64,000 bases of DNA from Mytilus edulis. Lineage: Eukaryota. The notes beneath the pieces are model-generated. The model was not told the origin of the DNA and made no database searches. It saw only the letters and a program-made list of their open reading frames with translations. The position numbers and the translations under genes were made by a program. Each line of letters starts with the position of its first letter. Position 1 is the stretch's first letter. Below, piece after piece: positions 1 to 12,810 of the stretch. The stretch is from NCBI RefSeq assembly GCF_963676685.1, contig NC_092351.1, forward strand, positions 9,362,001 through 9,426,000, given 5' to 3'.

Positions 1-1542
1 TGGGAAGGAGCTGGAACAGAAACACTAACTATTTTGAAACACTTCGGGGCTCTAAGTGTTCCTGACAAGTTAGGTCAATTACCATGCCAGGTTGCTTATT
101 TTAACCGTTACAAGGAAGCATTTGATAACTTATGTTTGTGCAAAACTAACGTTCACGGTGACGTAATGGCTAACTTTTGTGTTAAAAGTGAAACAAGACT
201 AATACAAACGTTCACGGACTTGCAGTTTGAAGATTTAATAGAACGGTTTAGTAGATTTCGTGGTAAACTGAGATCTACACTTCTCAATTTACCAGACCTT
301 GGTCATGTGTCATTTCAAGAAGAAGCACACATGATTTATGCTTTTGTCAATAACCTAGTTAGCAATTTGTGCAGACAAATTGCAGAAACAGATAGACTTT
401 TAGCGAATATTGTTGTCGAATCAGGCAGCGTGGGTGAAAGAACAAAAGTTGGAAGACCAGATGAATTTGATTTTGTATGTATTTTTCAAGAATTTAGTAG
501 ACTTTGCGAAGTAGATGAAACTCTCTCCTCTGAAAATCCTGGATTTGCATATTTGAAATTAAAGTCAGAATATGTTAATGGTATCGATCAAGATTATTTT
601 AATGCCGATGGGTATTTCCAGACGCATTCTGTTTGGCATAAGTGTCAAACATTACTAACAGAACTATTGCAAATAGGTAATTTTTTCAGTCATCCAAATG
701 TAGTTTACTGTACAGAGCAAAGAACACCAAACTTTACAATAATGAGACCTACATGTCATTTCTCATTTTATTGGTCAGGACCATATTTCAAAAACATGAA
801 AATAAACGTTGATTTGGTACTAGCTTGTCAAATAGAAGGGTGGTGGCCACAAGCAACGAAACTGGAAAATCTGCCCAGTCAACTTCAACGTAATGCTCTA
901 CAAGAGGGGTGTATACTTATACTTCAAACCGAAATGAATGAAAATAAACACCAACTTCGAGTTTCTGCTTTGAATGCCGAGACAGCCTTGGTGAAATTGT
1001 TACCTCAAGTAGCTCGAGATGCATATGTTGTTTGTAAAATACTCTGTGATGAAAGAATATGTCCAAGTGTATGTGAGGAAGGAGAAGAAGATGACTGTCA
1101 TGACTGTAAAGAATATGTTACCAGCTATCAACTGAAGACGTGCATGTTTGAGGTCTTTAACAATTTTTATAATGAAAATATATCTCATGGAGAGGCAAAT
1201 TCTGAGGCTAACCTTCAGGACTTCACAGTTCAAATTCTCAAAACATATAAGAAGTATTTAACACTAGAAAACTTACCGTCGCATTTATTTCCCTGGCAAA
1301 ATGTGTTTACATTTTTAACATCGTGTCATTATAACGACGAACATCTGCGGGTTTTATGTTCGATGAGGAAATTGTTCACGACAATAATACTGGTGCTTTT
1401 AGGGGAACCACAAGACTTCAACGATGTTGATGTTGAAAGTATAAAGAACCATTGGAATGAATCAGAAGATGACAACATGATATCGGCAACAGAATATTGG
1501 AATAAATCAGAAGAAATGATAAGGGAATTAGAGGAGACGTAA
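1..1542 (+). CDS. Mab-21/cGAS-like receptor (cGLR) nucleotidyltransferase, 5'-truncated by the window; N-terminal ankyrin repeats inferred from the paralog
   Basis: The frame is open from base 1 (WEGAGTETLTILKHF...), so the TTG at 34 is not the real start. It has the NTase signature VESGSVGERTKVGRPDEFDFV (about 415-477), a third acidic residue in INVDLV (811), and Mab-21 C-terminal motifs LRVSALNAE, TSYQLKTCMF and LPSHLFPWQNVF. The paralog at 31326-33968 shows ankyrin repeats upstream of the same sequence. Confidence 0.9.
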   Translation, partial: WEGAGTETLTILKHFGALSVPDKLGQLPCQVAYFNRYKEAFDNLCLCKTNVHGDVMANFCVKSETRLIQTFTDLQFEDLIERFSRFRGKLRSTLLNLPDLGHVSFQEEAHMIYAFVNNLVSNLCRQIAETDRLLANIVVESGSVGERTKVGRPDEFDFVCIFQEFSRLCEVDETLSSENPGFAYLKLKSEYVNGIDQDYFNADGYFQTHSVWHKCQTLLTELLQIGNFFSHPNVVYCTEQRTPNFTIMRPTCHFSFYWSGPYFKNMKINVDLVLACQIEGWWPQATKLENLPSQLQRNALQEGCILILQTEMNENKHQLRVSALNAETALVKLLPQVARDAYVVCKILCDERICPSVCEEGEEDDCHDCKEYVTSYQLKTCMFEVFNNFYNENISHGEANSEANLQDFTVQILKTYKKYLTLENLPSHLFPWQNVFTFLTSCHYNDEHLRVLCSMRKLFTTIILVLLGEPQDFNDVDVESIKNHWNESEDDNMISATEYWNKSEEMIRELEET

Positions 1543-3321
1543 AATTAAATAAGTTCTTTTCTGTCGAATAGTTTCAGAAAGTTAAATTAAAAAAAACAGA
1601 AACGAAAAATAAGTATGTAAATATAGTTCTGTTATAATAGAACCTTTGGTATTTTAGAACCGCACATATATGATCAACCTAGCTACGATTTTAAGACATT
1701 TTCTCCCCATTGTATGTGTATTATTATCACCCTTGGTTCGATCGACAGCTAAAAAACAAGGATTGCCAACAAAAGATACCGCGTGAATTTGTATGCCTAT
1801 TCTTTTATTTTCATTTTGACAGACATCAGTTATTTACCAGCCATCGTCTAATGACATAGGTTACAATCAACACTGTTAATATGTGAAACTGTTTGAGCTG
1901 GAAAATGTGAAGTAAATTTGTTCGGAACAGCTTTTTTGTCTCAGTTTCTAAAGGTATATCTAGGGAAGAACGAATACGTGAAAGTTTGTACAGCAATTCT
2001 GAAACAGAGCAGTGTTACTGATACTCGACTATACACATTTTAAGAAGGTTCATTTTCGAAAGGTTTAAATGAGAATAAATCTTTTTAGCTAAAATAATAT
2101 GTTTTATTAACCAATTTATTGGCGCATATTTGTACTACCTTTTCTATTTAACTTCATTTCTCTACGCTTTTGTATATTTTAGAGAAACTATTCATCAAAA
2201 TGCTAGTTCTGTTAAATATTCGTTCAAACAATATTTATTTATTTTTTATTAAACAATATTAATAAATCAATTGGTTTATATCAAAATAATACATTTTTTA
2301 CTAAATCGACAATACAAGATAGATACTTCACTGATACAGGGACTTTCTATTTTCTTAGTATAGAAAAAGTAAAATCATAAAAATACTGAACTCAGAGGAA
2401 AATCTAATCGGAAAGTCCATAATCACATGGCAAAATCAAATGACAAAACACATCAATAACGAATGAACAAGAACAGTCATATTCCTGACTTGGTTCAGGC
2501 ATTTTCAAATGTAGAAAAAAGTTGATTAAACATAGTTCTATAGCGCTAAACCTCTCACTATTTTGACAGTCTCATCAAAGTCCCTGACTGATAAGTAATC
2601 TCATCAAGACCTCAATGTATCGAATATAAGGCTTAGTGGTATGTGCAAATATGAAATACATAATTATGTAATATATACAAGAATGTACTTAGCAACACAA
2701 TAATTAAAAACTAACATTGGTAATCCATGTTTCGTTGATCTCCAAGGTTTTATTGAATTCTTGTTTAAAATTAAACAAAAGATACATTTGCTGAACATCA
2801 ATTTCTGTTGACTGCATCCGAAAAGACATTTGGCTTTATTATAATGTTCTAATTATTCAAACCATGCCAACGTAGCTTTATATATCCTGATTAAACAAAA
2901 ACAAATGTGTTGTAGGGGTAAATTCAGTAAAGAAATATACGTCATCAGGGACCGCCAATTTGGTGGAGAGCTTTCTTTATAAAACTGAAGACATGTGCTC
3001 TTCTGATTGGTAGATAATGTTTGTAATAAATATTTTTTGGTAGATAGATCAAAACTAGAGTTGAAAAAAAAATGCTAAATGTACTTATTTTTTTCCCCTA
3101 CAGGGTTGACAAGTAATGGGGGTCAGTATAGGAATTCAGTACGAATCTAAATTGTTTGTAAACAAGGCCATGTGAATGCTCAAAAATGCCGCATGACTCT
3201 ATGCTTTTATTGTTGCAAAAGATAGTGCTACATTTGTATTTCATGGATGATATATGAAAGATTCTAATTTCTACAGGTGAATCAGGTATAAATTTATTTC
3301 CATACCTAGATTAGCATTTAA

Positions 3322-5420
3322 GGTGGCACGGTAGTATTTGCATTCCAGAATTTAGGTTGCTCTTTTGTGTACCCTACTTAGGTAAATGTATCTAAACAGT
3401 GTGATTGGACAAAAAATACAGTATCAACTGAACATACTTTCCCAAACTGAGGGATGAATCAGGTGTAGAAAAATATGAAATAATAAATAATTTTACATAC
3501 AGATGAAAATGAATTTTTGAGAATTTGTTTTAAATTTTGTATTCACTGCACCATAAAATACCTAAAAGTACTAGTGGCCTTAGGTTTTTAAAAATAGCAA
3601 AAAAAAAAGTAAACGGTCATGATACTTATTCAAATTCATTTCTGAATAGTAAAATGAAAGTACTTCAGTTAACTGTGAATGTAGAATTTTTTGCAGTGTT
3701 AGAAAGTGGTGAAAATTCTAAAAAGGCTATCATTATCCCTTATGGGCAAGGAAATACTACCGTGCAACCTGAAGGGGGATATATACTTTTACACTAACAT
3801 CAATAAAGGAACTTTTTTTTACCTATGCAATTTGTTAGTTTATCAATAAAAAGTTGATTAAGGGCAACTATGATAAAAACAAGCCTTAAATTCCACCCCT
3901 GAGAGTAAAAATTGCTGATTCAGCAAATTTTGCCTGATGTGTAGGTAATAATGTAAAAATTTACGTAGAAAGTAGAACTTCATTATTTTTATGTAACTTG
4001 CAAAACATTTTTAATTATAAATGCTCGCTCTAACTTTTCGCAGTGTCTGACACATGTGCAACCACTGAAATTTGAGACGCGACATTCTTCTGTTGCATGT
4101 ACATCCTATTATTTTCACCGAAATAAATAAATTGCATAATTTCTTATTTTGTTCATTACAAGTACATTTGTACAGCTATACTAGTTTTCTTGAGGTTTAA
4201 TTTGTAGTTCTGACGTAAAATGACACCAGTAGGAGCTTTTGGGGAACCAGTAAGTGGTTAAGGGGTTCTTACTTAGTCATTTATCTCTCATATTGGTCTG
4301 AAATAGAGATAGAAATAGGGGTTTCTGTACATTGACTAGACATTTTTTTTCACAAAGAATGTATTTATGATGCTATATCAGCAAGATTAAATGGTTTATT
4401 CATTTTCAATGCAAATACCATTAGTTGTTAATATTTTCTGACAGTGAAAAGTACAATAGAGGCAAATTGATTATGTAAGGGGACATAAATCAACTTAATG
4501 CATACATGAGAAATAGACAAACAGTCAACTTAGAGATGTATTCTAGTACATGTATTGTCAAACAGATTTTGGAATAATAGTTAACTGCAATCTAAAGACT
4601 CTTGTTGTATTACCCTCATAATCTGGAAATGTTTAAAGTAATATAAGGCATGCTGTAAAATGTGGAATGGACTTTAATATCAGTTTTCATGATTTGGTGC
4701 TTAAACTGTTTCTTTTAGTCAGATTAACCATAAACATAGTTGGCAATCCAATAATTCCTCCTGAATCACCATGTTTGACTTCTGTGTTGATTTGAAACAT
4801 AATATATTTGGGTTTTGTTCACTCCTTAAGTAAAAATGGTAAAATGAAGAAAAAGTAATGTTTCGTTTGTTTTGGTAAGAAATGAGTGCAGACTAGTATT
4901 CTTTATTGTAATATGTTCTAAAGTAAGAAGTCTATGAATCATAGGTGTCATGACTGGTTTCAAGTTTGTTATGTCTTGGTTAAGGTGGCACGGTAGTATT
5001 TGCATTCCAGAATTTAGGTTGCTCTTTTGTGTACCCTACTGAGGTAAATGTATCTAAACAGTGTGATTGGACAAAAAATACAGTATCAACTGAACATACT
5101 TTCCCAAACTGAGGGATGAATCAGGTGTAGAAAAATATGAAATAATTTTACATACAGATGAAAATGAATTTTTGAGAATTTTTTTAAATTTTGTATTCAC
5201 TGCACCATAAAATACCTAAAAGTACTAGTGGCCTTAGGTTTTTAAAAATAGCAAAAAAAGTAAACGGTCATAATACATATTCAAATTCATTTCTGAATAG
5301 TAAAATGAAAGTACTTCAGTTAACTGTAAATGTAGAATTTTTTGCAGTGTTAGAAAGTGGTGAAAATTCTAAAAAGGCTATCATTATCCCTTATGGGCAA
5401 GGAAATACTACCGTGCCACC
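3322..5420. mobile_element. Non-autonomous composite-like DNA transposon (KolobokP-like): two ~440-bp terminal direct repeats, each with its own TIRs, around a 1.2-kb non-coding core
   Basis: Direct repeats 3322-3769 and 4984-5420 are near-identical. Each starts GGTGGCACGGTAGTATTT after TTAA and ends AAATACTACCGTGC(A/C)ACC. The whole 2.1 kb is absent at the paralogous site (~35736, agcattaaagtc). Confidence 0.8.
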
Positions 5421-5545
5421 TAAAGGCAATGGGAGATTTTTTTTACTGAATTTACCCCTGTATTATAATTATCAGAGTTGTCCTTCCTTTGACGATCATA
5501 GAATGTTTTACTAAAAATGGCATTGAGGATAATTTCAAAATAGTT

Positions 5546-5815
5546 AAAAAAAAAAAGGGCAACAGTAGTATACCGCTGTTCAAAACTCATAAATCTATGG
5601 ACAAAAAAACAAAATCGGGGTAACAAACTAAAACTGAGGGAAACGCATTAAATATTAGAGGAGAACAACGACACAACATTAAAATGTAACACACACAGCA
5701 ACGGACTAAGCATTAGACAACATCCGATGAGAATAACCAATATAAGATCAAAACCAAATACATGAATTTGGGATAGAAAAGTACCGTGAAACGTCTTATA
5801 GTAATGTGAATTCAC
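5546..5815 (-). repeat. Short interspersed repeat insertion (retroelement 3'-end-like), copy 1 only
   Basis: Starts with an A-run followed by gggcaacagtagtataccgctgttc. Absent at the paralogous position ~35858. Boundaries approximate. Confidence 0.6.
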
Positions 5816-7252
5816 ACAGTTTTCTTTGTTTTTTTTAGAGCGGGCAGATTTTGGTATATAAATTACAGTACATTTTTCAAAAGCTAAAATACTCCAATAA
5901 CAAATAATAATGATTACTTGAGAAATTGTATCTTTCAAGATAATACAGAACATATGAGAATAGTCTAAGAACATACAGTAGACTAACAACAGATTTTTTT
6001 TCTAAAGTGTTCTCTTGTTAAAAAAAGAATGAGAACAAAAAAAGAACAAGCACTGGTATGTTTATTATAATGCATGGATTTCATGACATGATTATTTTGA
6101 GTAGAATATTCATTTTATGAAAACTTGTATGATTGAAATAATTGACATGATCATGATATGATCAAGGACAAAGTATTACTATACTTACTATTAAAACCTT
6201 TTTTTATTTACTGTAAACTTAGAAATTATTGCGATTTAAAACAAATAAATATCCGAAATACGAGATTAACTATTGCAATTTCAGGGAAATCTGAATACAC
6301 AGATATATGTACCACATGAGAGTTCTTATAACTGCGATACTCACCCAGTCGCATTATTCGCATTTTAAAAACATCTTGCCATAATTTCTGTAATAATTAT
6401 GTTGGGTCATTAATCCGATTAATCTATAATGTTATCTTTTTATTCATAGATATGCATTGATACTAATAAAACTATCCACAAAAGTCAGAATGAAGTAAAT
6501 TTAAGAAATTATAGGTCATCATATGGCCTTACAAAATGATCGTAACAATACCATCAATAAGATTTAATCATTAAGCATTAAATCAATTAATAAATTTAGA
6601 GTATCGTCTGCTAAACTAGAGTTAACTTTTCTTTAATTTTGACGGACTTAAGCGTCTTTTGTTAACCTACATTTTTCATAAGCGGTTTTCCACTTTCATT
6701 TGGTATAAAATCGCATGCTTTTCCTGATTTTGATTTGAACTCTGAAGGAACACAAAAACCCACCTAGCCCACCTTTGAGAATATTTTTCTGGTGCTTCTT
6801 GTATATTTTCAGATATTGTCAAAAGAAGCGTCATGGATTGGGCAGAATGTTACCTGAGTACATAGTTTAACTGAAGGGCTGAATTTATCACAGTTGGCGT
6901 CTGGTAGCCCAGTCGCTAGTTGGAGAAAACATATGATGGTTACCCGTCAATGTTTTTATCTTGGAAATTAATGAGAAATTGTTGATGAATGCAAATTCGT
7001 TGGCCGGTTGATACATAGTTGAACTGGCCTAATAAATCCATGACAAAAAATTGTCAAAATTCACACTTACTATTTGTTGTTTTTTTATGATCATATATTA
7101 GTTTGTCTTACAATTTGTTTTCATTTGTATAACGAAGTTAATCTGGAGGCGTTGGAAATATTACGAGGGATTTCAACGAATTTGGGTTATCTTTTATCTG
7201 GTATATCGTATTCCTAAATTGACTTCTATTGGTTTCTTTCGAATATTTAATA

Positions 7253-7390
7253 AGTGAATATATGCATTAACTTAAGGGTCACCATACGGCCTTCAACAAT
7301 GATCTTAACCAATACCATTAAGTGAATATATGCATTAGCTTAAGGGTCACCATATGGCCTTCAACAAATATCGTAACCAATACCATAAGT
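7253..7390. repeat. 68-bp tandem repeat, 2 units
   Basis: Units start agtgaatatatgcatt at 7253 and 7321. Confidence 0.85.
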
Positions 7391-9054
7391 GCACACATAC
7401 AAAATGATTGTGACAAGTATGTGTTTATTATTTTGTTGTGTACCTATCAAATGCAAATATTGTTTGTAAATGAACAAAAGATACAAAATAATATTGAAAC
7501 GGTATAAAATATAAAGAAAATAATTGCTAAGTAACTGTTGTAATTATATATTGAGAAAATCAATCTTTACCACGCCTAGTTCCCACGGTCATATGATAGT
7601 ATACTGATGTACAGAATTCAGTCAAGATGTACAGAAAACAATATGGAGGAAGAAATTAGCATTTTAAATACGATAACACTCATAAATATGTCTCCAATAC
7701 AATTACATCTTAAGTATATAAACTGAGAACTTCATTGCTATATCTGTAACTTGTTTACGTAACAAACACTTGTTATAGTCACCTTAATGCTCAATTGTTC
7801 CTCTCTTGTTAATTGGTTGGTTTTAGTTTATGGGTTAAAACCGTTTTATCACGTCTTTGGTGTTCTGTCTATAGACTCTCATTATGCGTCGTAATACATG
7901 ACTTGCAAATCCAGAAGTAACATAGAAGTATGGAACTCTCGTCTACAGTTACAAAATTTAGTAATCTATATCATATTGCACATTTACGTACATAATAAAA
8001 GATATTTGGCCAAATTTATCAATTTGACATTACAGTGGTATTCTTGAAAATCGCCTGTCCCGAATCAAAAGCCCGAAATTCATTGGTTGTCGTTTTTTGC
8101 TTTGTTACATATTTGTATTTCGATCCTTGCTTGTACATTATTTAGACCGTTAGTTTTCTATATTGAATTGTTTTACAATTGTGAATTTGGGGCCTGTCAA
8201 TGCTGACTATGCGGTATGGGCTTTGCTCATAATTATTGACGGCCGTACGATGAACTATCATGGCTATTATTTTCTGTGTCATTTAGTCTCTTGTGGAGAG
8301 TTGTCTCATTGGCAAATTGGCAATCATACCACAATCATACCACATGTTTCTTTTTTTTTATATTAATCGATACTAACATTTTTATCAATTTGAGATAATT
8401 TCATGACTTACTTAACATGTATTGTTATCTAGTTATTAATATGAGTAGTCTGATATCCTATCAATCCCTATATGTTTGCATTGTACAAGTTTGTGGTTAT
8501 CTGTTTCTGTTGACCTGATGCAGACACTTATAGTTGGTTCGTTAGTGGAAATTTGGAAACAGCCATACTTTCAGCAATGACAAGTACTTTTAGATACGAA
8601 CTTTTGGTTCATGTGTTTATCAGAGTTTTTCTGCTTGAGTGGAAACCTCTTCAAATGACTTTTTCAATTTGTTTTTTTTTTTTGTTTTTTTTTAAGTAAT
8701 TTTCTAGTGCTGCTTGGTTGAATAACGCTACTGCTAATGACATGGTTTATTGATATACATTTCTGTTTTTAGTTAATAAAAGAAAATATTAAGAAACTTG
8801 GTTTCCAAGTCCCTCGTGCAAATATGACTTTGGATGTTTTTTCTACTATTCTATTTATTTCCCTTTTGGACCAAAAATGCAACAGAATTGACCTCTAGCT
8901 TTCAATACACATTTCCTTTCTGGGGCATTCCTGATTATAGTAAATCCAGAAAAAGCGTTTATGTGAGCACCAATAGTATAAAGTGTTGCTGTTGTGCAGT
9001 TATCCTACTCTATGAGGAGAATTGGAGGGTTAAACGCTTACAGAAAGGTCTAAC

Positions 9055-10360
9055 AGAGGGACGAAAGATACCAAAGGGACAGTCAAACTCATAAATCTAA
9101 AACAAACTGACAACACAATGGCTAAAAATGAAAAAGACAAACAAACAACAGCACACATGATACAACATAGAAAACTAAAGAATAAACAACACAAACCCCA
9201 CCAAAAAAACATAGGGGTGATCTCAGGTGCTCCTGATCCACATGTGGCACCCGTCGTGTTGCTTATGTGGTAAATAGTCTAATTCGGTAGGTCACATTCA
9301 TGAAAAGGAAGGGGATTGTAGTTACGACGTAAGGAACATATCCGATATCATTTGTGAAACGGTTATTCCATAACGGTCAACCAACTCGTGATATCGTCCG
9401 TAAAATTTACGAAGGGATGATTTCAACTTCACCATTTTGGAACTCTTGGTTTAATAGTTTCCTTGTGAGCAGCATCCCTCTATCAAGAAAATCATGATAG
9501 GAAATACAAGCACGGAAATATCGTATCAATTGGGAGATATATACCCCGTATGCAGGTTTGCTGGAATAATGCTACTTAGAAATAAAAAGTTCAAAATTGG
9601 ACAGCTGGAATCATCTGTTTTGTCGTAAAGTTTTGTTTTCAACCGACCCTAATTGTCAATTTCTAGATGTAAGTCAAGATATGAGGTCGACTTAACTGTA
9701 TCTGTAGTATCCTTTATCTCTAGCTCGATGGGATAGATGCGTTCCACATAGTCACCAAATTTTGAATTATTTAGTGAAAGAACTTCATCTCTATAGCGGA
9801 AAGTGGAGTTAAAGGATATTGCTAACTTCTTATCTTTCTTCCTCAGAAGTTTTTGCATGAAGTCAGCCTCATAATTATAAAGAAACAAGTCGGCACAGTT
9901 TGTTCCCATTGGAATGCCGACAGTCTGTTGAAAAACACGTCCTCCGAACGTAACAAATATGTTGTCAATCAAGAAATCAAGCATCTTGATAATATCAGTT
10001 TCAGAGAATTTTTTGTTTGAATCAGAGTGATCCTTTACAAAGTAGGATTTATCCCACCCTAAGACAAGATATTTGTATCAATGTTGGCCATTCTTTTTTA
10101 TGAATCAAAGCAATACCAACTCTTTTAATTTGTCTTTTAGTTTGGAATGTGGAATACTTGTGTAAAGAGTAGAAAAGTCAAATGTTTTAATACTGTTACA
10201 GGCTGAGAGAGAGTTAGATTGTATGTACTCCATAAGATCTTTGGAATTCTTAAGTATCCACATCTGATTCACGCCAACTCTAGAATAGTTTCACAATAAC
10301 TTTGAAGCCCGTCTTTGATTGCTGATAAAATAGATGTTAATAATTTAGAAAAAGGTTTCG
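9055..10360 (-). mobile_element. Degenerate, 5'-truncated Penelope-like retroelement (RT fragment plus 3' region)
   Basis: ORF 9649-9984 reads FQQTVGIPMGTNC...ADLFLY.YE...FRYRDEVLSLNN...SYLDLHLEI, the PLE-type RT core with the catalytic YxDD decayed to YRDE and an internal deletion. Segment 9055-10623 is absent from copy 2 (ggtctaac|ctcggaac at 39118). Confidence 0.8.
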
Positions 10361-10473
10361 TAGACGACATTTATCGATTAACAATTCAGATCACCGTAAC
10401 TTCTGATAAATTATGACTTCTTGGTCAAATTGCTAGTGAATTCAGCATCTGTAATTAAAATTGCACAAGATTT

Positions 10474-10623
10474 GCAGCCTTTGGTCTCACATTTCAAAAT
10501 GCGACTGTGTTGTTGCAGCCTATGGTCTCACATTTCGAAATGCGACAGTGTTGTTGCAGCCTTTGGTCTCACATTTCAAAATGCGACGGTGTTGTTGCAG
10601 CCTTTGGTCTCACATTTCGAAAT
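10474..10623. repeat. 41-bp tandem repeat, about 3.7 units
   Basis: gcagcctttggtctcacatttcaaaatgcgactgtgttgtt starts at 10474, 10515, 10556 and 10597. Confidence 0.9.
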
Positions 10624-12509
10624 CTCGGAACATTCAGTATATGTCTAAATCACTCTTAAGATCAAGTGGATGTTGTTGGTTGAAGTCAGCTGTATCAAAT
10701 ATGTTTGTTATTTGCTTTATCATAAATGAAGCTGTTACTTTTCTGTTTCGATTTTAGCCACGTTTTTGTCAATACCTGATTGCAGGTTTTTCTGATCATT
10801 GTAAAACGGTGAAATATTGCTTTCACATGCTTGTCCGTTTATATTTGATGATTACTTTCTTACCTTTGTTTTTATACATATATGTCTATACATGCAAAAT
10901 TTGATACACTTAAAACTAAAGTAAAAATTGCAATGAAATGAAATGTTGAAAATGAATCGTAGTGTTTGAGTTTGACTTCATTGAACTAATATATTATTTT
11001 CTAAAATTAGAATAAAAAGCATTAGTCACTTTGATAGAAAGTGATAAATTTGTCAGTAAAATTTTAACAAGAAACAAAACACAGTGTGACATGACACCAT
11101 ATTTATATTAGTATACACGATAAAGAGGAAATAGTAGACGATATCTGACATTTTATAACGTTCTCCCACTAGTTGTTCTCATTTTATCACGAAAATAGTC
11201 TTATGTTTTGGAAATTAGATATTTATGTGTATTCTTACTACCATTAACCCCTATCCAGGTAGATTAAATATGACACATAGGTTTATTTTCAAAAGAATAT
11301 TTAGGTACTACGAAATAGATGAATTTAAAAACGGTTGAAGGTTGTATTCATAGTATTATCAATGTATCGCATACGAGTATTCATTTAAAGTACATGTATT
11401 ACAACGGTTACTCACTCTACCGGACAGGGGTGAGATTTTAGCGGCTGGTGACCATAAAGACATTGATGTTTTATTAAATTTCGATACAAATGAATTAATT
11501 ACAAAAACTTAATTAAGCTCTTTACAGAGCTTTTAACTGACACAAGATGTTAGTATAACAGACATGATGTGATTTGCGAGAACCGGTACAGATTTTAATC
11601 TAACTGGTAAATCAAATGACTTGTATAGAAATAAGAATAATGATGTAGTTCGATTGCAAATCGAACATATAGATATAGGGAGATGCGATATGAGTGTTAA
11701 TAAATACAACTCTCAATCCAAGTAACAATTTATAAAAATAAACAGTTTAAGGTCAAAGTACGCCTCATCACGGAGCATTGGCTTACACCGAACAGCAAGC
11801 TATACAATGCCTAAAAAATTATAAGTGTAAAACCATTCAAACGGTTATGTCCACCTGACACCAAAAGACGAAAAATTAAGTAACTAATGATCATCGTTAG
11901 GATAGAACGTAACATGAACAAAACCATATAGCATAGAGGCCATTTAAGCACAGTCTTGACAAAGACAAAAACAAATTAATCGAGAAAATTTATAACCTGA
12001 TTCATGTTAAAAAACAATCCAACGTAAAACAGCAAAATACAACAAAAAAAACCTGGGACAGGGGTGTAACAATCAAATGTTATATCCGTTAGAGCTTTAT
12101 TAAAGTTTACAAACTGCAAAAAAAATCTTATAAGAAAAGAATAACACTTTATGTTATTGCATGAAAGTTATTTGATTGTTACGGATAATAAAATAATATC
12201 TTTTACATCAGAGAATCATTAGTTGTGTTTGTCCTGTATTGAAGCACTTTAATATCCCTTATCAATTTACAAATCTTTAATATAACGATTAAACGAATCC
12301 TCATTATCTTCAAAATAGTGGTCTTATCTAAAATGTCAAGCCATAAAATGCTTGACTGTAGATTATTGCCGATTTGCTAAAGTAAATCATTACAATAAAA
12401 TATTTAAAATGTAAAACATCGCAATGTATGTTTAATTTATGTGAAAAAAAGCATGCCAACAATATAATTCAAATATATCAGGCTGAGTATAATATATTAT
12501 ATGTTTTCA

Positions 12510-12810
12510 ACAATGATTGATGAAACAACAAACAGTAGTTTCTCCTAGTTTATAAATATGTTGAAAGCTACACGATTCCAGCCATATTTATTGTTAAAGC
12601 AACCAACAGTAGATTCTCCTGTTTTATACATACTGTGAAAGTTACAAGATTCCAGCCACAATGATTGTTAAAACAACAAGCAGTAGGTTTTCCTGATTTA
12701 GTATTATGGTGAAAGCTACAATGTTCCAGACACAATGATTGTTAAAACAACAAGCAGAAGGTTTTCCTGATTTATAGATATGGCGAAAACCACAAGAATC
12801 CAGCCACAAA
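12510..12810. repeat. ~74-bp diverged tandem repeat, about 4 units (paralog at ~40857-41200)
   Basis: Recurring caatgattgttaaaacaac...ttcctg...aaagctaca...ttccagcc; two unit starts at 12659 and 12733. Confidence 0.8.

Noticed and set aside
1-1542. Bacterial CBASS CD-NTase operon
   Set aside because: No neighbouring effector genes or operon structure. The context is eukaryotic (LTR and LINE elements, long repeat-rich spacers), and the protein has metazoan Mab-21 C-terminal motifs.
3537-5514. Duplicated small ORFs MYSLHHKIPK... (3537-3797 and 5191-5514)
   Set aside because: TTG-started ORFs inside the two terminal direct repeats; they run out into unrelated flanks and show no protein motifs.
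10474-10623. CRISPR-like array (also considered for the motif arrays at 14125-14300 and 15360-15548)
   Set aside because: The 41-bp units are head-to-tail with no unique spacers, the other arrays are mirrored transposon TIRs, and there are no cas genes.
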